From: Acidimicrobiia bacterium
GTDB taxonomy: Bacteria > Actinomycetota > Acidimicrobiia > Spongiisociales > ZC4RG35
Direction of reading: 5' to 3'
Length of the DNA: 64,000 nucleotides
Assembly: GCA_965220995.1 (NCBI GenBank)
Contig: CBDCRL010000001.1
Location: forward strand, 66,623-130,622
Each line of letters starts with the position of its first letter. The first letter of the stretch is position 1. Below the pieces are notes generated by a model. The model had not been told where the DNA came from. It did not search any database and was given only the letters and a program-made list of their open reading frames with translations. Positions 9,377 to 17,635 of this stretch are shown here, one piece after another. Both the position numbers and the translations under genes were made by a program.

Positions 9377-10701
9377 CAGCAGTCCTCCCCGGTGCAGACC
9401 CTGGCGGTGGAGGAGGTGTAGTCAACCAGACGCTGCAGGCGGGAAACCCCACTTTGGACCAGCAAAGTCCGCTCCTGGGAGGTGTCACCGTCGGCGGTGC
9501 GAAATGTCGCCCACAGCTTCCACTCCCACACCGAGGGATGCGAGACGAAGAAGACGCAATCGCGGCGCCCTGGCTGTCCCACCTTGCAGACCACCTCCGT
9601 CGGGTTGGTTACACCGGAAGAGCGGTGACGGGCCTGGACCGCCCTCCGCCGGGACTCCCCCATCCGTTCCCACTGCTCCACAAGGTCGGGGGCCGCGTTC
9701 CGCAACTGTGTCCGATCGGCCCATCGCCACACCAGGAGTTCTCGCCACCGGGACCGCACGGACTGCAAATCCCACGAGCATTCGACAATGGTCGGGGTGT
9801 CTCCCACCGCCCCTTGGCTCGCCACGGTTACTCCCTCGGGGACCAATGGCCAGATTCTCGGTTCCGCCGAGGCCGACTCCAGCAGTTTGTTGGAAGTCAC
9901 GAACAACCGGGCCGACCCGGTCCCCACCGGGATCTCGTCGCCTCCCGCCACGCCGCTCGCCAGGCCTTCGGGTCTGCCCAACACGGTGTCCCAACCGAAA
10001 CGGTCTCTCACCAGTTCCAGGTCCGCGTCCGAAAGTGGGCGGCAGTGGGTCGGATCCGGAGGGCGCGTCGTGGTAGTGGTTGAGGGACGCGGCCGGGTGG
10101 TCGGGGGCGGAACCGGACGGGTTGGGCGGGTAGGCCGAGGCCGGGTGGCCCGCGTGGTGGGAGTCGGCCGAGGCCGGGTGGTCGGGGGCCGGGTGGCCCG
10201 GGTGGTGCTCGGCAGACTCACGGCCCGCGTGGTGGTTGTCACCGGTCGGGTGGTGGTGGGTGATCGGGTGGTGGTCGGCGGTCGGGTGGTGGTCGTGGTG
10301 GTCGGGGGTCGGGTGGTGGTCGTGGTGGTGGGATGTCGGTGCGTAACCGTATCCCGGCAGGCCGTCCCGGCCCAGTAGCCCGAACACTCCACACGTGTGT
10401 AGCTGTTGACCACGCTGCACCCCGGACCCGGGCCCGGACAATTCTCCATCCGGATCTTGGTCACCCATTGCAGGCATCCATAGCCCGTCGGATACAAATC
10501 CCCGAAGCGTTTGCAAAGGGAATACTTCACGGGTCGGGCAAAGGCATAGACGATCTTCATCGTGACCGTCCCCGCCTTGGTTCGTACATGGGCATCCGTC
10601 TTCGGGGGATTGGGTATCAGCATCAACGCCAGGGAGATGAGCAACACCGCCGCCGCCGTTCCGGTGAGAGTGCGGTTGAAGGGGGTAGGTGATTTTCCCA
10701 T
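9376..10701 (-). CDS. Hypothetical exported protein: signal/TM segment, Cys-rich domain, Thr/Pro/Arg-rich linker, C-terminal beta-rich domain
   Basis: Start set at ATG 10701 (TGATG overlap). Six Cys in the N-terminal domain; TTTTTTRPP repeats. Confidence 0.7.
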   Translation of the reverse strand: MGKSPTPFNRTLTGTAAAVLLISLALMLIPNPPKTDAHVRTKAGTVTMKIVYAFARPVKYSLCKRFGDLYPTGYGCLQWVTKIRMENCPGPGPGCSVVNSYTRVECSGYWAGTACRDTVTHRHPTTTTTTRPPTTTTTTRPPTTTRSPTTTRPVTTTTRAVSLPSTTRATRPPTTRPRPTPTTRATRPRPTRPTRPVPPPTTRPRPSTTTTTRPPDPTHCRPLSDADLELVRDRFGWDTVLGRPEGLASGVAGGDEIPVGTGSARLFVTSNKLLESASAEPRIWPLVPEGVTVASQGAVGDTPTIVECSWDLQSVRSRWRELLVWRWADRTQLRNAAPDLVEQWERMGESRRRAVQARHRSSGVTNPTEVVCKVGQPGRRDCVFFVSHPSVWEWKLWATFRTADGDTSQERTLLVQSGVSRLQRLVDYTSSTARVCTGEDC

Positions 10702-12434
10702 CAGGACGGGGGGATTCCCAGGTATCGCCTCTGCTCGGGCGTGGCGTTGAGCCAAAAGTCGAGATGATTGGGGGGAAAGAGATCAAAGTCCCATATGGAG
10801 TCCGACCACACCGGATTCGGGTCATCGGGGCAACTCAAGGCGTAATGGACCTTGAGTTCCATCGAGAAGCACCACATGGGATAGGACATGCGCCAGGTTC
10901 CGTCGGCGGTGCGCACCACCATCATGGTGTCCCAGAATCCCTCATGCGGAGGGGGAGGACCGGTGGGAAGTTCCCCACTGAGCGCCCATTCGGGAACGTC
11001 CAGACCCGCATCGACTTGCTCCTGAATCTTCGCCCTGGCCCGTTCCTGCATGTCGGAATCCGCCAATCCCGGACGGGCATAGAGGCGGAACTCGGCGGAG
11101 ATCATCGAGGCGCCGGGGAAGAGGCCGGCCCACCGAACGTTCCGCACCTCCGCCAGGTAGTGGCCGGGGTTGGCCGGATCGAACCAGTAGGCCGAGAAAC
11201 TGTCCTGGTGGTCCTCCCTGACTTGCCGGATGGTTTCCGCCAGGACATGGCCATCCCGCACTGCGGCCTGGGTCTGTTCGGGGGTGGCCGCGGCATGGGC
11301 GAACTGGAAGGCGGTGCGGACCGCGGACAGGGTGCAGGAATCTTCCACCGGCGCCTCCGGTGACCACAGTTGCTCCACCGGCGGGCAGTCGCGGCCCAGC
11401 AGGTGGGCGGTTTCGGGAAACCGAGGCTCGGCATAGGGGATGGTGAGCGGAAGAGGTGGGCTGAAGGGAAGCTCGATGTCGGCCAGGAACCCGTCCTCGG
11501 TGACCAGCAGTTCCCTTTGTTCTCCCAGGGGCCAGGTGGCCACCACTTTCACCGTGTCCGGGTGGTCGTGCCAGGACAGGTCGTAGCGCACCGGATAGTA
11601 GATCATGGGAGAAGACCAGAACACATCCAGGGTGCGTTGCCAACGCCGCCACATCTCGGTTTGCGTGTCCTCCTCCCCCATGTAGTAGAACCGGTAGAAC
11701 CGATGAGGCGTGGTGCCTCGGTCCTGCTTCTCCTCGTACCAAAGATCCGCTCCGGTACTGCTCGGGTCGATGGCCCTGAAGGCCTCCTCCTGCAGACCCG
11801 GTCGCCACCAGATGATTGACCCGATCACCGACGGATCCGGTTGGGAACGCTCCGGGGCTGCCACCTCCTCGGGAGGGGATGGCGGCTCGGGGGCGGGCGG
11901 CTTTGGGCCGGAGTCGGAGGTAACCGGGATCTCCATGGCCGTGACATTCGGAGGAGCGATCTCCTGTGGGGCCGGCGCCACGGTAGTGGTGGAGGTCGTC
12001 GTATCAGCAGGACGGTTAAGGGTCGAGGCAATCGGAGGAGTGCGGTCCCCCACCGGCCGGGTGGCAACCGTCGAGTCAGCGGTGACGGTCGAAGCAATGG
12101 GGAGGGCGTTCCCGGTGGCGGCGGTGGTGGCCGTGGTATCAGCAGGACGGTTGAGGGTCGAGGCAATCGGAGGAGTGCGGTCGCCCACCGGCCGGGTGGT
12201 AACCGTCGAGTCGGTGGTGACGGTGGTCTCGGGCGCCGCATTGGCCGCGGTCGTCGGCGTTTGCGGGGTGGCAGGCTCGGTAACCGCGGTCGTCACCGGG
12301 GCGGTCACGATGCTCATCGGACCATCCTGGGCTATCGGAGTGGCGCGGTTGTCGATGGATTCCTCGCCACAGGACGATCCCGCCAGCAACGCGATCGCAA
12401 TCGGGACCACCAATCGTGGCAGATAACTATTCAC
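10701..12434 (-). CDS. Hypothetical large putative lipoprotein with a Thr/Pro-rich repeat stalk and Trp/Tyr-rich C-terminal domains
   Basis: GAGGAGG RBS; signal peptide ending LLAGSSC (imperfect lipobox); internal 45-aa-period repeat. Confidence 0.7.
   Translation of the reverse strand: MNSYLPRLVVPIAIALLAGSSCGEESIDNRATPIAQDGPMSIVTAPVTTAVTEPATPQTPTTAANAAPETTVTTDSTVTTRPVGDRTPPIASTLNRPADTTATTAATGNALPIASTVTADSTVATRPVGDRTPPIASTLNRPADTTTSTTTVAPAPQEIAPPNVTAMEIPVTSDSGPKPPAPEPPSPPEEVAAPERSQPDPSVIGSIIWWRPGLQEEAFRAIDPSSTGADLWYEEKQDRGTTPHRFYRFYYMGEEDTQTEMWRRWQRTLDVFWSSPMIYYPVRYDLSWHDHPDTVKVVATWPLGEQRELLVTEDGFLADIELPFSPPLPLTIPYAEPRFPETAHLLGRDCPPVEQLWSPEAPVEDSCTLSAVRTAFQFAHAAATPEQTQAAVRDGHVLAETIRQVREDHQDSFSAYWFDPANPGHYLAEVRNVRWAGLFPGASMISAEFRLYARPGLADSDMQERARAKIQEQVDAGLDVPEWALSGELPTGPPPPHEGFWDTMMVVRTADGTWRMSYPMWCFSMELKVHYALSCPDDPNPVWSDSIWDFDLFPPNHLDFWLNATPEQRRYLGIPPS
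12001..12215. repeat. In-frame repeat with a 135-bp period encoding DSTV(T/A)TRPVGDRTPPIASTLNRPADTT twice
   Basis: gtatcagcaggacggtt occurs at 12001 and 12136. Confidence 0.85.
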
Positions 12435-12486
12435 AGCTTCCCTCCTCTCAGAGACGCTTGATGCGGTGCCTATTTCCCCCCGGCGC

Positions 12487-12514
12487 CCGATTCGGGAAAA
12501 GCTTCCGGAATCGG
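12487..12514. promoter_or_regulatory. 12-bp inverted repeat (1 mismatch, 4-nt loop) between comEC and the tad operon; terminator or operator
   Basis: ccgattcgggaa-aagc-ttccggaatcgg. Confidence 0.4.
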
Positions 12515-12596
12515 AACATCGGTGTCTTCGGAACTCGAACGGTAAGGGCGATCCGATCAGGAATCGGCGATGAGCCGCCGGTGAAACTTCCCGTTC

Positions 12597-12789
12597 TTAC
12601 CCGAGTTTTGCCATGGCGGACGGACCCGACAGTTGTTCGGCCCCGGACGGACGCACCACCACATCCCCGTGCCGATCGGTGCGCAGCACCCGGGCGCCTC
12701 CCTCGGCCAGCACCTCTTCCACCCACCGGGCGGGATGCCCATAGTCATTGGGACCCACACTGATCACCGCCAATCGACCGGCGTTTTGC
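12597..12789 (-). pseudogene. comEC: Detached 3' fragment of comEC (end of the metallo-beta-lactamase domain)
   Basis: Encodes NAGRLAVISVGPNDYGHP...VLRTDRHGDV. Removing the IS and one 8-bp duplication restores a 2250-bp in-frame comEC (749 aa). Confidence 0.92.
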
Positions 12790-14199
12790 GGTACTTCGGA
12801 AATTAGTGGGGAGTGATGGTTGCGAGGAGTTTCCAGTTGGGTTTTCCGGCGTAGAGGAGTGCTCGGATTCGGTAGTTGTCGAAGTTCCGAAAACCGAATG
12901 CTGCTCGTTTGATCCGTTTGATCAGGTTGTTCAGTCCCTCGGTGGGTCCGTTCGTCACTTTCGAGTGATGCCAGTTGGTGATCTGGGTGGCCCACCTGCT
13001 GATGGTCCGTCCCAGGCGGTTCACCTCTGGAGGGAGTGACCGGTCCTGCAGATCCGAGGCCAGCTGCTGGGTGAACTCCCAAGCCAGTTGTGGGTCTCCG
13101 ATCTGGTAGATGTCCCGGACGCTTTCCTTAGCCGACCAGGCATCCCGTACCTCTCCGTAGGGGTCACCAGCCCGTAACAAGCCCCGGAGGCGGGATTCGC
13201 CGTGGCTGTCGATCCTTTCATGGGCCATTATCAAAAGCCGTCGTATGCGATACAGCGGGTCGCGTTTGCGTCCCCGGTGTCCCAGTGTCTCGTTCTGCAC
13301 CCGGCATCGGACCTGATCGACGGTGCGGTTAGCCAACCTGATGACATGAAACGGGTCAGCCACCTGAAAGGCGTGGGGCAACACCTGGTCGTAGGCCACC
13401 TGATAAGGGCCGGACAAGTCCAACACCGCCCACTTGATCGCCTCACGCCACCCCGCTGGTTGGTTCCGGAACCAACCAGCCGCGCTTTTTACGGTTCTAC
13501 CAGGCACTATGTCCAACAACTGACACCCACCGACATCCACCACCGACGTGCACCACTGCTTGGTACGCCACCGGCCCTTCTTCCAGAACAGGGTCTCGTC
13601 CACTCCCACCGCCTCCACCCGCCCGAACCGGGCGGTGTCGGCTTCCAACAGCGACTTTCCCCATCGGACGGTCTCCTGGTTCACCGTATGCCAATCACAC
13701 CCCAACTCGGCGGCCACCTCCGACACAGTACGCCCCAAACGGCCCACCTGATAAGTGACCCACCGCCCCGCCCGAGACGTCAACAAAGCCCGCTCCGGCG
13801 CCACCGACTCGTCCTGTTCCACAAACGACCCCACGCCGCATTCCCCATCAGGACACATCCAACGACGTTTCCGCCACCGCAACCGCACCGGCCGCCCAAA
13901 CGCCGGCAAATCCACCAACCCCACCGTCCGATAGCCCTTCGACCACACCCCACCACCGCACTCATCGCATACTGGACGAAAAGCGCCCGATCTGATCGTC
14001 ACCCTCAACCGGTCACCCGAAAGCTCCTCCACCCCTACCAAGTCCACGTCACCCAACCCGACCAACACCTCACACATACGCCTACCATCAGTCTCCACAG
14101 GGTCCTCCTTTCAGATGCGACTGCTTTCAGCACCCGATTATGGAGGACCCTCCCCCACAATCAATGGATTCCCCACTCCCCACTAATTTCCGAAGATCC
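12790..14199 (-). mobile_element. ISL3-family insertion sequence, copy 1 (1410 bp), inserted in comEC
   Basis: Terminal IRs GGTACTTCGGAAATTAGTGGGGAGTG / GGATCTTCGGAAATTAGTGGGGAGTG; 8-bp target duplication CGTTTTGC / CGTTTTCC with 1 mismatch. Confidence 0.95.
12803..14098 (-). CDS. ISL3 family transposase
   Basis: Zn-finger CxxC..CxxxxC, GVDET, LDLSGPY, ADPFHVIRLA and TNGPTEGLNNLIKRIKR..FGFRNF. Confidence 0.96.
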   Translation of the reverse strand: METDGRRMCEVLVGLGDVDLVGVEELSGDRLRVTIRSGAFRPVCDECGGGVWSKGYRTVGLVDLPAFGRPVRLRWRKRRWMCPDGECGVGSFVEQDESVAPERALLTSRAGRWVTYQVGRLGRTVSEVAAELGCDWHTVNQETVRWGKSLLEADTARFGRVEAVGVDETLFWKKGRWRTKQWCTSVVDVGGCQLLDIVPGRTVKSAAGWFRNQPAGWREAIKWAVLDLSGPYQVAYDQVLPHAFQVADPFHVIRLANRTVDQVRCRVQNETLGHRGRKRDPLYRIRRLLIMAHERIDSHGESRLRGLLRAGDPYGEVRDAWSAKESVRDIYQIGDPQLAWEFTQQLASDLQDRSLPPEVNRLGRTISRWATQITNWHHSKVTNGPTEGLNNLIKRIKRAAFGFRNFDNYRIRALLYAGKPNWKLLATITPH

Positions 14200-16264
14200 C
14201 GTTTTCCTTCAGCCACCCCCGATCAGAGGTGGCGGCGCCTTGATGAGGCACCTTGAGGACATCGGGCCGAATCGGTCCCTGTTCGGCCTGCGCCACCTCC
14301 TCGATGTCGGCCGCCATGAGGAAGGACGTTCCGGCCAGGTCCACCGCCAGTACGATCGACTGGTCGTTCATGTGCTCATACCGACGCAGCGGGCCCAGCA
14401 CCTCGACCTGCAGGTCCCCCGCACTGAACCGCTGCCCGGGGAGGGGTCGGTGGACCGCGATTTCCTGGGCGGCGATCCGCTCCCGCAACACCCGATGGGC
14501 CGGGGTCCGGTGGGGGTGGGAGGCATCCCACACCGCCCCCACCGGAATCTCGCCCACCACCGCCTCCAAGCCTCGCACATGATCGGCGTGGGGATGGGTG
14601 ATCACCAGCAAATCCAACTCCCGGACCCCATAGGCCCGGAGTTTGTCCGCCAAGACCAGCGGATCGGGACCTCCATCGATCAACATGGTGAAACCGGTCC
14701 CCATCACCAGAATGGAGTCCCCCTGGCCCACGTCCAGGAACACCACCGCCGGGGGATCGGCGCCCCCGTATCCGGCCAGGGAGGGAAAAACAGGAAGCAT
14801 GGGAACGGCCACCAGCAAAGCCACCCCGGTGGCCAGAACAGGACCTCGGATCACCGGCCATCGCCAAGCCGCCGCTCCCACGCACGACACCACAACCACA
14901 CCCATCCAATTCAATTGAGGAAACAGAGAGGCGAATCTCGCCACCGCCAGCACTCCCTCCGCCGCCCAGGCAGACAACCACACCAGCGGGCGCCAACCCG
15001 CCAAGGCCCCCACACCTCCCAGGCCGGTGGAAACCGCCACCAGGGGTCCGGCCGCCAGATTGGCCAGGGGAGAGAGCAGGGGAAGCGTTCCGAAAAAGCT
15101 CAACACCAGGGGGGCCACCGCCGCCTGCGCGGCCACCGTCGCCCCCAGGGTCTGCCAAACCCACCGGGGCCGACGATCGGCGGCCAACCGCATACCCACC
15201 ATGACCCCCAGCGTGGCAGCCACCGACAGGGCGAACCCCAGGCTGACCGCCAACTCGGCGGACACCAACAGGGCAAGCACCACGGTGGCGCCGATCGCCG
15301 TCCAGGCGCCCAGCGGGTAACCCACCGCCCGGGCGCCCATCACCAGGGAAGCCAACACCCCGGCGCGCAGGACCGAAGGCTCCCAACGGGTGGCCACCAC
15401 AAACATCCCCAGGCCGATCAGTCCCACCCCGGCGCGCAGCCCGGGCCTGCGGGCCAGGGGCCACATCAGCATCCAAAGAGCCCCCAGAAAGAGGGCTACG
15501 TTACCTCCCGAGACCGCCACATAGTGGCTCAAACCCGAGCGCCGCAGGTTGGCCAGGTCGATAGCCGAAAGCCCCGAGGTGTCACCCACCAGAAACCCGG
15601 CAACCAACGCCAACCCGTCGGGCGGGCCGGTCAACAGGTTGCCGATCACTCGCCTTCTCATCTGGTTGCCGGCCGCCACCAGCCAACCCTGAGCGGGTGA
15701 CAATCGAGCCAACCCACCACTTCGCATCCGTGCTGCGTACGCGGCCGTGCCCCGGCGACCGGGTCTCTTGCTGATAAGACCGGACGTCTCGAACACCTCT
15801 CCCGCCGCCACCTGCCCGGCGTCGGAGGGCTCCACCATCACCACCGGACCCGACCACTCTTTCCAGCCATCCTCTTCCGCCACCCGGTAGGCCAGCGGCT
15901 TGGCCAACAACCAAACCTGATCCGGAGTTCCGACCGGGTCGGTGCGAGCCACCGCCCGGATGGTCACCGGCCCCTCCACCACGGGCGCCGAAAGCATGGC
16001 CTGCTCCCGGTGAAACGCTCCCCACCCCGCCCACGCCCCGGCGGCCAGCGCCACGGCCAGGACCGCCACCCTCGCCGACCGCTTCACGAGCAATATTGCC
16101 CCGCCGCCGGCCAACGCCGCCCACAGCCCGAAGGGGTGTCTTCCCAGCAAGGCCCCCGACCAAACCAGCGAGGCCGCCACCAGCATCCGGGCCTCGCCCC
16201 CCGTGGGCAGCGCCACCCGCCACCTCCCCCTCCCTACCGACCGATCCCCTCTCTCCTCAGTCAA
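14200..16264 (-). pseudogene. comEC: ComEC/Rec2 competence protein, IS-truncated
   Basis: HYVAVSGGNV, PSVLRA, SLGFALSVAAT, FLDVGQGDS, THPHADH and KVPHQG; the frame runs into the IS and stops at 14183. Confidence 0.93.
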
Positions 16265-16860
16265 GGCAGGACAACGTAGTCCCGGATCCCCGACAGCTTC
16301 TTTTCGCCGATCCCGGGGACATCCAGTAGATCTTCCACCGTCTGAAACGGCCCGTTGGCAACCCGGTGATCCACGATTCTCGCCGCCAAAACCGGACCCA
16401 CACCGGGGACCTCTTCCAACTCCTGGGCACTGGCCCGATTCAGATTTGGCCGGCCCGGGGAATTCGCTCCCGCAGTTGCCCAGACCTCCTCTTGCCCCGT
16501 TTCCGTGGCAGGACCGGGCACCACCACCCGGTCGCCGTCGAACACCGGCGCGGCCAGATTGATCTCTCCCAGTCGGGCATCCGACAGGGCGCCTCCCGCC
16601 GCGCCGATGGCGTCACCCACCCGAGCGGACGGGCGGACCCTGACCAACCCCGGATGCAGGACCCTTCCCGCCACGTGCACCACCAACCACTCGTCGGGGG
16701 ACGCCTCCACCGCACCCGCCGGGGCGGATGGCAGGACCACCCGTGTCTCACCCTGGGCAATCGGCTCCGGGGGGCGGGGGCGCCACAGCCCGAAGAACAG
16801 TCCGGCTCCCAGGGCGGTGACCACCATCACCGCCACCAAGCCCCAATGTGTTTTCTCCAT
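16261..16860 (-). CDS. comEA: ComEA DNA-uptake receptor (SLBB + helix-hairpin-helix)
   Basis: VVHVAGRVLHPGL, INLAAPVFDG, NLNRASAQELEEVPGVGPVLA and DLLDVPGIGEKK. Confidence 0.95.
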   Translation of the reverse strand: MEKTHWGLVAVMVVTALGAGLFFGLWRPRPPEPIAQGETRVVLPSAPAGAVEASPDEWLVVHVAGRVLHPGLVRVRPSARVGDAIGAAGGALSDARLGEINLAAPVFDGDRVVVPGPATETGQEEVWATAGANSPGRPNLNRASAQELEEVPGVGPVLAARIVDHRVANGPFQTVEDLLDVPGIGEKKLSGIRDYVVLP

Positions 16861-16884
16861 ACTTGACTATGGATCGCCCCCTAC

Positions 16885-16902
16885 CCCAAAGTCCACTTTG
16901 GG
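16885..16902. promoter_or_regulatory. Perfect 8-bp dyad with a 2-bp spacer just upstream of comEA; candidate operator
   Basis: cccaaagt-cc-actttggg, 25-42 bp from the comEA ATG. Confidence 0.35.
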
Positions 16903-17025
16903 ACATCGTTTTTTCTGAAAAAGAAGGCAGAGAATTTTCACCATTGCCGGGACCGCGCCGGGCATGGCGTTCTTTATAGTTACAGGTCAATCAACCCGGG
17001 GGACCGGCCAAAGGAGGACCGCCTA

Positions 17026-17421
17026 ATGGGCAACAATCGACTGATCGGCATCTACCTGACCATCGTGGGCATCGCGGTGGCCGTGCAATTCGTCCTGTAC
17101 CCCCTCTACGGGCACGGTTCGGATGTCGGGATCAACATTTGGCTTACTCTGGACTGGTTCATGGCGATCGGACTGGTGCTGGCCCTGATCACCACCAACC
17201 AACGGCGCCGGATGGCCGAGAGCGGCGACGCTTGTTGCTCCTCGGCCATTATGTTCTTCGGCTTCGCAGTGTTGGCCCTGGCCTTTTTCCCCAACTGGTT
17301 CGGGGAAGCCTTCACCGAGCACACCAACGACGCCGCCGCCTGGACGATCTGGCATCTCATCGACTCGGTGCTGCCCGTACTGTTCATAACGGAAGGGCGC
17401 CGCCTGCTCAAGTCCGCCTAA
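17026..17421 (+). CDS. Hypothetical 4-TM membrane protein
   Basis: AGGAGG RBS and four hydrophobic segments. Confidence 0.75.
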   Translation: MGNNRLIGIYLTIVGIAVAVQFVLYPLYGHGSDVGINIWLTLDWFMAIGLVLALITTNQRRRMAESGDACCSSAIMFFGFAVLALAFFPNWFGEAFTEHTNDAAAWTIWHLIDSVLPVLFITEGRRLLKSA

Positions 17422-17439
17422 CTTTAAGCCTTCTGAGCG

Positions 17440-17613
17440 ATGAACATCCGAAAAACAGCCTTCCGACTCTATTCGGCGCTTATGGCGGTGCGCAGAAGGC
17501 CGAAGAAATCCATCAAGTCCCTCTATGGATTCGTGCAGTACGACGGCCCACCGGTAACCCTGGAAGCAATTGACGATGCCATCGCCGAGGCGGCAGCGGA
17601 AGGAAAGGGTTAG
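17440..17613 (+). pseudogene. 57-aa ORF resembling the C-terminal half of AbrB/MazE/SpoVT-type antitoxins
   Basis: Below the track length cut-off. MNIRK...KKSIKSLYGFVQYDGPPVTLEAIDDAIAEAAAEGKG; resemblance is from memory only. Confidence 0.45.
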
Positions 17614-17635
17614 GGTCCCCCCGAGGGACCACCCG

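Noticed and set aside
10080-10340. Short tandem repeats (ggtggtggtcg...) as a CRISPR array or iterons
   Set aside because: In-frame Thr/Pro/Arg coding repeats with no unique spacers and no cas or rep genes.
3906-12596. Tad cluster as a conjugative element or ICE
   Set aside because: No relaxase, VirB4/VirD4, integrase or att-like repeats; bounded directly by comEC and holA.
13202-15700. Very long plus-strand ORF (832 aa), and similar ones at 18053-20131, 35229-37541, 28767-30218 and 672-2192
   Set aside because: Antisense shadows of real genes in high-GC DNA, where stop codons are scarce; low-complexity translations with no motifs.
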